A stretch of DNA of 64,000 bases from an uncultured delta proteobacterium. Lineage in GTDB: Bacteria; Myxococcota_A; Polyangia; Polyangiales; Polyangiaceae. The stretch covers positions 160,001-224,000 of the forward strand of contig CAWKKR010000007.1 in NCBI GenBank assembly GCA_963850305.1, read 5' to 3'. Shown piece by piece: positions 1 through 8,009 of this stretch. A program made the position numbers and the translations under genes. The first letter of the stretch is position 1. Each line of letters opens with the position of its first letter. Below the pieces are notes generated by a model. The model ran no database searches. It had not been told where the DNA came from and was given only the letters and a program-made list of their open reading frames with translations.

Positions 1-758
1 CGGAGTTCTACGTGGATGCCGGAATGGGCTTCCACAGCAACGACGCGCGCGGTGTGACCATCACCGCCGACTCGGCGGGCGCGCCGCAGGGGCAAGTGCC
101 ATTGCTCGTTCGCACCAAGGGCGCCGAGGTCGGAGTCCGAACGTCGGTGCTTCCGGGTCTCGTGAGCACGGTCTCGCTCTGGTTGCTGCAATCGAACTCC
201 GAGCTCACGTTCGACGGCGACTCGGGCGACACGGAAGCGAATGGTCCGTCCCGCCGCTACGGGATCGAGTGGGCGAACTTCTACAAGCCGACGCACTGGC
301 TCACTCTTTCCGGCGACTTCGCGTTCACTCATGCGCGCTACCTCGAGCCGCAGGAGACCGTCATCGGCTCATCGGGGCTGTATATCGCCAACTCGATTCC
401 GATCGTCGTCTCGGCATCCGCCGTGGTCGAGACTCCGAGCGGCGTCTTCGCCGGCGCGCGGCTGCGGTATTTCAGCTCGCAGCCGGTCATCGAGGACGAC
501 AGCGAGCGGCAACCGTCGTCCGCGATCATCAACGCGATGCTGGGTTACCGCTTCGGACGCTTCGAGATCTCGGGCGAAGTGCTCAACGCCCTCGACTCCA
601 AGGCGGACGACATCGCCTATTACTACCCGTCGCGCCTGCCAAACGCGCTTCTCGCTGCACGCGGACTGCCCCCCGAGCCAGCGGCCGGCGTGAACGACTT
701 CGCCATCCATCCCACCGAGCCCTTTCAGGTGCGCGGGAGCTTCACCGCTCACTTCTGA
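1..758 (+). CDS. TonB-dependent receptor, C-terminal beta-barrel part (5'-partial)
   Basis: Open frame from the window edge. GFHSNDARG motif, amphipathic beta-strands, terminal Phe (…FTAHF). Followed by a TonB gene. Confidence 0.85.
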   Translation, partial: EFYVDAGMGFHSNDARGVTITADSAGAPQGQVPLLVRTKGAEVGVRTSVLPGLVSTVSLWLLQSNSELTFDGDSGDTEANGPSRRYGIEWANFYKPTHWLTLSGDFAFTHARYLEPQETVIGSSGLYIANSIPIVVSASAVVETPSGVFAGARLRYFSSQPVIEDDSERQPSSAIINAMLGYRFGRFEISGEVLNALDSKADDIAYYYPSRLPNALLAARGLPPEPAAGVNDFAIHPTEPFQVRGSFTAHF

Positions 759-766
759 GATTGTCG

Positions 767-1492
767 ATGAGACTCGCCCACTGCCTCCTGTTCGCGGCTG
801 CGCTTCACGGCGCCGTATACGAAGTCGGCGTCGCCTGGCTGCAACGTGGATCCCCGCGGCCTGCGCCGGCTGCTCTTCAGCCCGAGGTTGAAATCGAACT
901 GCTTGCGGCCCGGCCGGATCCCATCGCGGAGGCAGCGCCGGTCGCCGACAAGCCCGCGGTGTCGCGCGCGCGCTCGCCGACCGTGAGGGCCGTCGTGCAC
1001 CGGGAACAGACACCGCGCGAGCTCATCGCAGTCCTGAGAGCCGCGGTCGACGACGAGCCCCCGGTCGCCGATGTTCCAGTCCCGCCGCGCGCGGTGCTAC
1101 CAGAGCCGGTGACGCCAGCGACGGCGTTGGAACCGGGGCCCTCTTCGCCTGCGGTTCCGCCCGTCGCTCGAGCGGGTCGCTCGGGAGCGCTCACGCCCTC
1201 GCGCGGGACGAAGCTCGTTTCCGCCGCACCGTACTACCGGACGAACCCGCCTCCGGAGTATCCAATCCCATCGCGCCGCCGCGGTGAAGAAGGCGTCGTG
1301 TTCCTCACCGTCGTCGTCCAAACCAGCGGCCTACCCGCGTCGGTTTCGCTGCACCGCAGCAGCGGCTTTCCGCTGCTCGACCGCGCCGCGCTCGACGCCG
1401 TGCGCGGCTGGTCGTTCGAGCCCGCCCGCGTCGGCGGAGTGCCCGTTTCGAGCACGGTAGTCATACCCGTCCGCTTCTCGCTATCCGAGTGA
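767..1492 (+). CDS. tonB: Energy transducer TonB family protein
   Basis: ATG 767 within ORF 269..1492. N-terminal TM with His (AALHG), Pro/Ala-rich spacer, TonB_C domain (PEYP…EEGVV…SSGFPLLDRAALDAVRGWSFEPA…PVRFSL). Confidence 0.85.
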   Translation: MRLAHCLLFAAALHGAVYEVGVAWLQRGSPRPAPAALQPEVEIELLAARPDPIAEAAPVADKPAVSRARSPTVRAVVHREQTPRELIAVLRAAVDDEPPVADVPVPPRAVLPEPVTPATALEPGPSSPAVPPVARAGRSGALTPSRGTKLVSAAPYYRTNPPPEYPIPSRRRGEEGVVFLTVVVQTSGLPASVSLHRSSGFPLLDRAALDAVRGWSFEPARVGGVPVSSTVVIPVRFSLSE

Positions 1493-1600
1493 CCACCTCT
1501 GCAGTTGCTCGAGGTTGTGCGTGTCTTCGAGATGACCGTGAAGACCGGCTGAACGCGGGTCGTCACTCTGGGAGCATCATGCTCCTGCTACCCAAGCCCC

Positions 1601-1721
1601 CCTGGGTTCGATTGCGAAGACCGTGGGGTCAGCTCGGTGGGTGAGGCGCGGAAGCGTGCGAACGCACGCTGAGCACCGAGAGCACCGAGATGGCCCCACG
1701 CTCGAAGCAAGCGGACCCAGG
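1601..1721. repeat. Long imperfect palindromic REP/MITE-like element between convergent genes
   Basis: Nested inverted arms: CCTGGGT/ACCCAGG, TTGC/GCAA, CGTGGGGTCA/TGGCCCCACG, CTCGGTG/CACCGAG, AGCGTGCG-AA-CGCACGCT. Partial second copy at 5665-5698. Confidence 0.7.
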
Positions 1722-1748
1722 TGTTATCAGGTCAGCTAAACGTATCGG

Positions 1749-2927
1749 TCAGTTAAACGCTTCGATCAAGCCAGCGGCGCCTTGGCCGCCGCCCACACAC
1801 ATCGTGACGAGACCGTACTTCTTCTTGTCGCGACGGAGCGCGCGGAGGATGTGCCCGACCATGCGCGAGCCGGTCATGCCGTAGGGATGGCCGATGCTGA
1901 TCGAGCCGCCGTCGGGGTTGTACGTGGCGTGATCGAAGCCGAGCTGATCGCGACAGTAGAGGCACTGCGACGCGAAGGCTTCGTTGAGCTCGACGATGTC
2001 GAGGTCTTTGACGGCGAGGCCGTGGCGCTTGAGGAGCTTCGGTACGGCGAAGACGGGTCCGATACCCATCTCGTCGGGCTCGCAGCCGGCGACGGCAAAG
2101 CCGCGGAATGCACCGAGCGGCGCGAGGCCGAGCGCTTTCGCTTTCTCCGCGGTCATCATGAGCGTCATGGACGCACCGTCGGAGAACTGGGACGCATTGC
2201 CGGCAGTCACGCTGCCACCGAACGCGGGCGGCAGCCGCGCAAGACCTTCGATGGTCGTGTCGGGGCGGTTGCACTCGTCCTTGGAGACCGTCACCTCGAC
2301 TTCGCTCGTGGTGCCGGTCGCTTTGTCGACCTTCTCCATCTTGACGGTCATGGGGACGATCTCGTCCTTGAAGTAGCCGGCCTCCTGGGCCTTGGCCGTG
2401 CGCTTCTGGCTCTCGAGCGCGTACTGGTCCTGGTATTCGCGCGAGACCTTGTACTTCTCCGCGACCTTCTCCGCGGTCATCCCCATGGGGTGATAGATGC
2501 CCGGCTTGTGCTCTCCGACCCACGGGTTCGGGAGGTTCTTCATGTTCATGTCGTTCTGGAGCATCGTGATCGACTCGGTCCCGCCGGCCACGATGATGTC
2601 GGCCTGGCCCGCGGCGATCTGAGCGGCGCCCATCGCGATGGACGCGAGGCCCGATGCGCAGAAGCGACTGACGGTGACGCCCGGAACGGAGATCGGCAGC
2701 TCCGCGCGCACGGCGACGACGCGGCCGATGTTCATGCCCTGCGGTCCCTCGGGGATGCCGGTGCCCACGATGACGTCGTCGATCGTCGCGCCGTCGAGCT
2801 TGTTCCGCAGCACGAGCGCCTTGACGCAATGAGCGGCCATGTCGTCGGGGCGGGTGAGGTTGAAACTGCCGCGGAACGACTTGGCAAGGCCGGTACGGAC
2901 GCTATCGATGATGACGACTTCGCGCAT
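1749..2927 (-). CDS. Acetyl-CoA C-acyltransferase (thiolase)
   Basis: Thiolase motifs: RFCASGL (catalytic Cys), ELNEAFA, GGSISIGHPYGMTG, TMCVGGGQG. AAGGAG RBS upstream. Confidence 0.95.
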   Translation of the reverse strand: MREVVIIDSVRTGLAKSFRGSFNLTRPDDMAAHCVKALVLRNKLDGATIDDVIVGTGIPEGPQGMNIGRVVAVRAELPISVPGVTVSRFCASGLASIAMGAAQIAAGQADIIVAGGTESITMLQNDMNMKNLPNPWVGEHKPGIYHPMGMTAEKVAEKYKVSREYQDQYALESQKRTAKAQEAGYFKDEIVPMTVKMEKVDKATGTTSEVEVTVSKDECNRPDTTIEGLARLPPAFGGSVTAGNASQFSDGASMTLMMTAEKAKALGLAPLGAFRGFAVAGCEPDEMGIGPVFAVPKLLKRHGLAVKDLDIVELNEAFASQCLYCRDQLGFDHATYNPDGGSISIGHPYGMTGSRMVGHILRALRRDKKKYGLVTMCVGGGQGAAGLIEAFN

Positions 2928-2990
2928 GATGGTCTCCTTGAGGGCGGCTTGGGGCTGGTCCCCGTACCAATTTCGCCCAGAGGGCTAGTT

Positions 2991-3067
2991 TTTGGCGTGT
3001 ACCGCGGTGTCAGTGACGCCGCAACCAAAAGATGACGCCAGGGTCACGTTTGGCGCGTCGCGGTGTC
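2991..3067. promoter_or_regulatory. Repeated putative regulator boxes upstream of thiolase
   Basis: TGAC-N6-GTCA palindrome at 3033-3046; TGACGCC at 3014 and 3033; TTTGGCG…CGCGGTGTC at 2991-3011 and 3049-3067. Confidence 0.35.
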
Positions 3068-3100
3068 GAGAGTCCCGCCCCGGACGCTCGGATTCGCGCG

Positions 3101-3139
3101 AAAACGTGACCGCCCGGAGGCCTTACGGCGTCCGGGCGG
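3101..3139 (-). terminator. Intrinsic terminator-like hairpin (minus strand)
   Basis: On minus: CCGCCCGGA-CGCC-GUAA-GGCC-UCCGGGCGG then UCACGUUUU. GNRA tetraloop only in the minus orientation. Confidence 0.6.
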
Positions 3140-3169
3140 CGTGCAGCTTCACCGGTCCGAATCCCGCGC

Positions 3170-3232
3170 TTAAGCGAGAATTAGCGGAGCAGGGAACCGC
3201 AGTCGGCTCAGGATCTTCAGAAGTCGTCGCAT
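3170..3232 (-). CDS. Putative 20-aa small protein MRRLLKILSRLRFPAPLILA
   Basis: GGAGG (3243-3239) 6 nt before ATG, TAA at 3172-3170, terminator about 30 nt downstream. Too short for the supplied ORF track. Confidence 0.45.
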   Translation of the reverse strand: MRRLLKILSRLRFPAPLILA

Positions 3233-3338
3233 GACGGTCCTCCGTTCACGCTCGGCCTGAAGGGAGGCACGAGGTGCGAAAGCCTCCTACACCCGCTTCA
3301 TCAGCCTGGCAAGAAAATTTCGGGATAAATAGCCTGGC

Positions 3339-4418
3339 ATGAGCCCCGCTTCGAGCGGCACCGGAGGCCTGTCTGGCGAGCCGCCGCGCATTCTCGTCGT
3401 GGGGGCCGGCGCCATCGGCAGCGTGGTCGCGGCGAATCTTCTCGCCACCGGACACGCGGTCACGGTGCTGACGACCAACCCGAGGATCCACGCGGCGATC
3501 GAGCGGCACGGGTTTCGGCTGACCGGCGAGACCCGCGTGTCGCACGTCGCAGCCCCCGACGTTCGCTCCACGCTGGCCGCCGGGACTGTGTACGACTTCG
3601 TGTTGCTCGCGACGCAACCGCCGCAGGTCGACGAAGCTGCGACTGGCGCCGCGCCGCATCTCGACCCCGAGGGCCGCATGGTGTGTTTTCAAAATGGCCT
3701 TTGCGAGGAGCGCGTCGCGCGCATCGTCGGACGTGAACGGGTTCTCGGTGCCGTCGTGGCGTGGGGCGCGTCGATGCTCGAGCCCGGCGTCTACGAGAAG
3801 ACCTCGCGCGGCGGGTTTTCCATCGGCCGTCTCGACGGCGTTCCCGACGCCCGCGCGATCGAGCTCGCGCGACTGCTCGAAACCATCGGTCCCGTCAAGA
3901 CGACCGACAATCTGCTCGGCGCTCGCTGGTCGAAGCTCGCCATCAACTGTGCGGTGTCGACGCTCGGCACGATCGGGGGCGATCGCATCGGGCCGTTGAT
4001 GCGGCGCCGGTTCGTGCGACGGCTGGCGCTCGAGATCATGACCGAGACGACGCTCGTTGCGCGGGCGAAGGGCGTGCGCCTCGAGAAAGTCGCGAACACC
4101 GTGGACCTCGACTGGCTCGCGTTGACCGCGAGCGATCGGGCGTCGCGCGCGTCGCGGCACCTCGCCGCCAAGCACGCGGTGCTCGTCATGGCCGGCCTCC
4201 GGTACCGCAGGCTGCGCTCCTCGATGCTCGCCGCGATCGAGCGCGGAAGACCACCCGCGGTCGACTTCCTGAACGGCGAAGTCGTCGCGCACGGCACCGA
4301 GACCGGCATTCCGACGCCCGTGAACCAAGCGGCCACCGCGCTCGTGTGGCAGATCGCGCGCGGCGAGCGCAAATCGTCGATCGAGACGCTCGAAGGCCTT
4401 CACCTCGGTACGAGATAG
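3339..4418 (+). CDS. panE: 2-dehydropantoate 2-reductase (ketopantoate reductase family)
   Basis: GAGAIG Rossmann motif, FQNG, WSKLAINC, SSML, DFLNG, IPTPVN. Confidence 0.85.
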   Translation: MSPASSGTGGLSGEPPRILVVGAGAIGSVVAANLLATGHAVTVLTTNPRIHAAIERHGFRLTGETRVSHVAAPDVRSTLAAGTVYDFVLLATQPPQVDEAATGAAPHLDPEGRMVCFQNGLCEERVARIVGRERVLGAVVAWGASMLEPGVYEKTSRGGFSIGRLDGVPDARAIELARLLETIGPVKTTDNLLGARWSKLAINCAVSTLGTIGGDRIGPLMRRRFVRRLALEIMTETTLVARAKGVRLEKVANTVDLDWLALTASDRASRASRHLAAKHAVLVMAGLRYRRLRSSMLAAIERGRPPAVDFLNGEVVAHGTETGIPTPVNQAATALVWQIARGERKSSIETLEGLHLGTR

Positions 4419-4527
4419 GGTTGGTCGGTTCGACCATGGGACGAGGGGTGCGGGACGCAAACCGGGCCTTTTTCACGACACCGAGGCCGGGCTGCGCTAT
4501 ACGGGCCGCGCCGAAAGGGAGCGCCTC

Positions 4528-5676
4528 ATGCTACGTGTACTGGTCGCCAAGGAGCGGGTCGAGGGAGAGACGCGCGTCAGCGCGACGCCCGACTCCGTCA
4601 AGCAAATGATCAAGGCCGGGCTCGGCGTCGCGGTCGAGCAGGGGGCCGGGGAACGCGCGTTCTTTTCCGACGCGCAATACGAGGGTGCGGGCGCCGAGAT
4701 CATGCCGGACGCGGCCGCGGCGTGGGCTTCGGCGGACGTCGTGTTGAAGGTACGCGCTCCGGAAAAGCATCCGAGCTTCGATGAAATAGAGGCACCGAAG
4801 GACGGCGCCGTCGTCATCGGCTTCCTCGCGCCGTACAAGAACGACGACATGATCCGGCGCTTCGCCGCGAAGCGGATCTCGTCGCTGCCGATGGAACTCG
4901 TGCCGCGCATAACGCGCGCGCAGAAGATGGACGCGCTTTCGTCTCAGGCGAACATCGCCGGATACAAGGCGGTGCTCATCGCGGCGGTGAATCTGCCGAA
5001 GTACTTTCCGCTCTTCATGACGGCCGCGGGGACGGTCAAGCCGGCGCGCGTCGTCATCATGGGCGCGGGCGTCGCGGGCCTCCAGGCGATCGCGACCGCC
5101 AAGCGGCTCGGCGCGGTCGTCGAGGCGAGCGACATCCGTCCCGAGACGAAGGAACAGATCCTCTCCCTCGGCGGAAAGTTCATCGAGCTGCCCAAGTCGG
5201 AAGAGAGTGGCAGCGGGGCGGGGGGGTATGCGCGCGAGGTCAGTGCAGACTTCCTCAAACAACAGCAAGAGATCGTCGGGAGGCACGTCGCGCAGGCGGA
5301 CGTGGTCATCACGACCGCGCTCGTCCCGGGGCGACCGGCGCCGAAGCTGCTCCCCGCGTGGATGGTCGAGAAGATGAAGGCGGGGGCCGTCATCGTGGAT
5401 CTCGCGGTCGAGCAAGGTGGCAACTGTGAGCTCTCCGAGCGCGACAGGGAAGTGCGCAAGCACGGTGTCCTCATCGTCGGCCACCCGAACCTGCCGGCGA
5501 CCATGCCGGCCGACGCGAGCCTGCTCTACGCGCGCAACGTGTTCGCTCTGCTCCAGAACGTGATCACGAAAGAAGGCGCGCTCAACTTCGACCTCACGGA
5601 CGAAGTGACGAGCGGCACGCTGTTGACCCACGAAGGCAATATCGTCCACGCGGCGACCAAGGCTCGCTTGCTTTGA
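4528..5676 (+). CDS. pntA: NAD(P) transhydrogenase subunit alpha, soluble domain I (PntAA type)
   Basis: GETRVSATP, RITRAQKMDALSSQANIAGYKAV, GAGVAGLQAIATAKRLGA, GGYA, GGNCE. No C-terminal TM part. Confidence 0.93.
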   Translation: MLRVLVAKERVEGETRVSATPDSVKQMIKAGLGVAVEQGAGERAFFSDAQYEGAGAEIMPDAAAAWASADVVLKVRAPEKHPSFDEIEAPKDGAVVIGFLAPYKNDDMIRRFAAKRISSLPMELVPRITRAQKMDALSSQANIAGYKAVLIAAVNLPKYFPLFMTAAGTVKPARVVIMGAGVAGLQAIATAKRLGAVVEASDIRPETKEQILSLGGKFIELPKSEESGSGAGGYAREVSADFLKQQQEIVGRHVAQADVVITTALVPGRPAPKLLPAWMVEKMKAGAVIVDLAVEQGGNCELSERDREVRKHGVLIVGHPNLPATMPADASLLYARNVFALLQNVITKEGALNFDLTDEVTSGTLLTHEGNIVHAATKARLL

Positions 5677-5698
5677 GCGCGGGGCCATCTCGGCGCTC
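5665..5698. repeat. Partial inverted copy of the 1601-1721 element overlapping the pntA stop
   Basis: 31/34 identity to the reverse complement of 1680-1713. Confidence 0.75.
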
Positions 5699-5849
5699 GG
5701 CTTTTTTCGGGTTCGTTTCGCAAGGCGTCGGGCGACAGTTCCGACGAGAGGGGCAGCGGGCGCCTAGCTCCGCCAGGAAATCACGTGGGTCCCCGAGCCG
5801 TTTGTTCGGACTGGCGTCATCTCGACGTCTGGCGGTCGGCGGCGAAATG

Positions 5850-5870
5850 TGTCATACGTTTTGGATGACA
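5850..5870 (+). promoter_or_regulatory. Putative TA autoregulatory operator
   Basis: Inverted repeat TGTCAT-N9-ATGACA overlapping the antitoxin ATG. No SD visible, so possibly leaderless. Confidence 0.4.
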
Positions 5871-6131
5871 AGCCCTGGCCGTTTGAATGCCCGCCTCGGT
5901 CTGGAGCTGCAGCGGAAGGTCGCGTATCTTCGCCGGCGTACGGGGCTTGCAACCAGTGACGTGGTGCGTGCTTCGATCGAGCATTATTACGAGGCCGTGC
6001 GCGCAGGCGGCGTGAAGACGCGCGATCTGCTCGAGGCGTCAGGGTTCATCGGAAGCGGATCAGGGTCGGCCGATCTCTCCGAAACGTACAAGGAACGGCT
6101 CGTCGCGGGCGTCGGTCGCAAGCACTCATGA
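5865..6131 (+). CDS. vapB: Antitoxin, ribbon-helix-helix/CopG-like
   Basis: 88 aa. RLNARL…TSDVVRASIEHY RHH pattern, C-terminal FIGSGSGSADLS. ATGA overlap with the PIN gene. Confidence 0.75.
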   Translation: MTSPGRLNARLGLELQRKVAYLRRRTGLATSDVVRASIEHYYEAVRAGGVKTRDLLEASGFIGSGSGSADLSETYKERLVAGVGRKHS

Positions 6132-6544
6132 TTCTTGCGGATACCGGCTTCTGGCTCGCGCTCGCGAACGCCGGGGACCGGCATCACGCCGAAGCGAAGC
6201 GTGCGCTGTCCGTGATCGACGAACCGTTGATCACGACGTGGCCCGTCATGACGGAGACGTGCCATCTCCTCGCCGCTCGACTGGGCGAGCGCTCGGTGCG
6301 CGCGTTCATCGATAGCGGGACCAACGGTGCCTTCGAGATTTTCGATCTTGCTCGTGAACACTTGCCGCGGATCGGCGAGCTCATGCTCAAGTATGCGAAG
6401 CTGCCGATGGACCTGGCGGATGCGTCGCTCGTCGTTCTCGCCGAGCATGTCGACACAGGGCGCATTCTGTCGACGGACCGCCGTGACTTCGGTGCCTATC
6501 GTTTCAAGAACCGCAAGCCCTTCGTCAACCTGCTCTCGGTCTGA
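6128..6544 (+). CDS. vapC: PIN-domain toxin VapC
   Basis: ILADTGFW, VMTET, MDLADASLV, ILSTDRRDF: conserved acidic PIN residues. Confidence 0.92.
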   Translation: MILADTGFWLALANAGDRHHAEAKRALSVIDEPLITTWPVMTETCHLLAARLGERSVRAFIDSGTNGAFEIFDLAREHLPRIGELMLKYAKLPMDLADASLVVLAEHVDTGRILSTDRRDFGAYRFKNRKPFVNLLSV

Positions 6545-6555
6545 CGCTTTGGCCT

Positions 6556-7863
6556 TCAGAAGATCTCCCCCACTCCCAGGTAGGCTCCGATGGGCTTGGC
6601 GTCGGGCGAGTACGCGGCGTCGAGACGGACGACGAAGGTCGAGCCCTGCTGGAAGCGGAGGCCGGCTCCTGCGCCCCACTTGAGTCCGAGAGCCGTGCCG
6701 TCGAGCTCCGGGTGCGGCGCGAAAGAGGTCCAGAGCCGCCCCGCGTCCAGGAACGTCGCGAAGCCGAAGTGGACGCGCTGGTTGAACAGGCGAAACGTCG
6801 TGAGGCGGAAGCGGCCCTCGATGTTGCCGAAGAGTTTCACCTTGCCGTAATAGCGTTGCCCGGGAACGCCGCGGACACCGTTCACGCCGCCGAGCGCGAA
6901 GGTGTCTTCGAACCGCGCGAGCTCGTAAAAGGGCGGGTGATCGAACTGAAAGTCGCCGACCACTCGCGTCGCGAGCGTGAACCGGTCGCCGAATGGGCTC
7001 GCATAAAAGCGCGTCGTCAGGTTCAGCTGTTCGTAGCGATACGGAAAGAGTCCACCCCCACCGGGGCTCAAGCGAAGCTCGACTTGATGATACTGACCCG
7101 ATGCCGGCGAGTACTCGTCGTCGCGGGTGTCGTATTGGAGCGCGGTCTCCACGAAGTCGACCGCGTGCGTCGCCGGATGGCCGAGGATGGAGCGCACTTC
7201 CGGATCCGTCGAGTTCAGGTCCTGCGACAGCTTGCTGTTCGAATAGATGTCGAGAAGATCGTACGTGAAGTAGTTGCCCAGCAGGAAAAACAGATTCGAT
7301 CCGAGAGTGAAGCGGAGGAGGGACTCGAGGGTCGGATGAGTGCGCCCGTATTGATAGAAATCGCCGTGATCGAGCGCGTCGGATCGCACGGATGCGTTAC
7401 CGATCCCGTAGTAGCCTTGCGTGGTTTCCTTCGTGAAAGAGGGTCTGAGGTCGAGGCGCACGCCCTTCGCCAGCTCGAGCACGGTGAGGGTCAAGTAGAA
7501 GTCCTGATACGGAAAGTGCGAGTGGCCGCTTCCGGGCTTGTACGTGATGAGTGCGCCTGCCTCGAGCCTCCACCGGTAGTTCACGTGGGCCTTGTCGTAG
7601 TGCGCGATCGCCGCGAGGCCGCCCACGCCGATGCCGATGTCGCTGTCGCCGCCGACGATCGGAAACGCCCCGATCTCGTTGCCGGCTGCGTTCCGGTCCT
7701 TCTCGTCGGCCACGGCGCGAAGGGTCATCGTGGAGACGCACGCCACGACGCCGAGGGACAGAGTGGCGCGTCGCCAAGCTCCCGGCGGCGCCCTGCGGGA
7801 GAATCTTCCAGCGTCGGTAAGGGCGCACCCCGTCAGCACCCACGAAGCATGGGGACCGGACAA
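6556..7863 (-). CDS. BamA/TamA (Omp85) family outer-membrane protein; start uncertain
   Basis: YDTRD, LGGVNGVRG…RYYG, FLDAGR, GAGLR, C-terminal Phe. Confidence 0.85.
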   Translation of the reverse strand: MSGPHASWVLTGCALTDAGRFSRRAPPGAWRRATLSLGVVACVSTMTLRAVADEKDRNAAGNEIGAFPIVGGDSDIGIGVGGLAAIAHYDKAHVNYRWRLEAGALITYKPGSGHSHFPYQDFYLTLTVLELAKGVRLDLRPSFTKETTQGYYGIGNASVRSDALDHGDFYQYGRTHPTLESLLRFTLGSNLFFLLGNYFTYDLLDIYSNSKLSQDLNSTDPEVRSILGHPATHAVDFVETALQYDTRDDEYSPASGQYHQVELRLSPGGGGLFPYRYEQLNLTTRFYASPFGDRFTLATRVVGDFQFDHPPFYELARFEDTFALGGVNGVRGVPGQRYYGKVKLFGNIEGRFRLTTFRLFNQRVHFGFATFLDAGRLWTSFAPHPELDGTALGLKWGAGAGLRFQQGSTFVVRLDAAYSPDAKPIGAYLGVGEIF

Positions 7864-8009
7864 TCAACGACCAGCGCGGGTTTCAGGACCGGACGATTGG
7901 ACATGCGTTCGGACATCGAGCGGCTCCGAGACGAAGATTCAGGGGTCAAAAGGCGCGGTCGAACGATGGACGCTGCCACTCGCCGGGCTCCTCGGGTTAC
8001 GGTACCCGC

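Noticed and set aside
3101..3300. tmRNA, 6S RNA, Pxr or c-di-GMP riboswitch identity for the structured intergenic region
   Set aside because: Only short motif resemblances. tRNA-like ends, the 6S rod and the riboswitch core are not recognisable. An Rfam search is still advisable.
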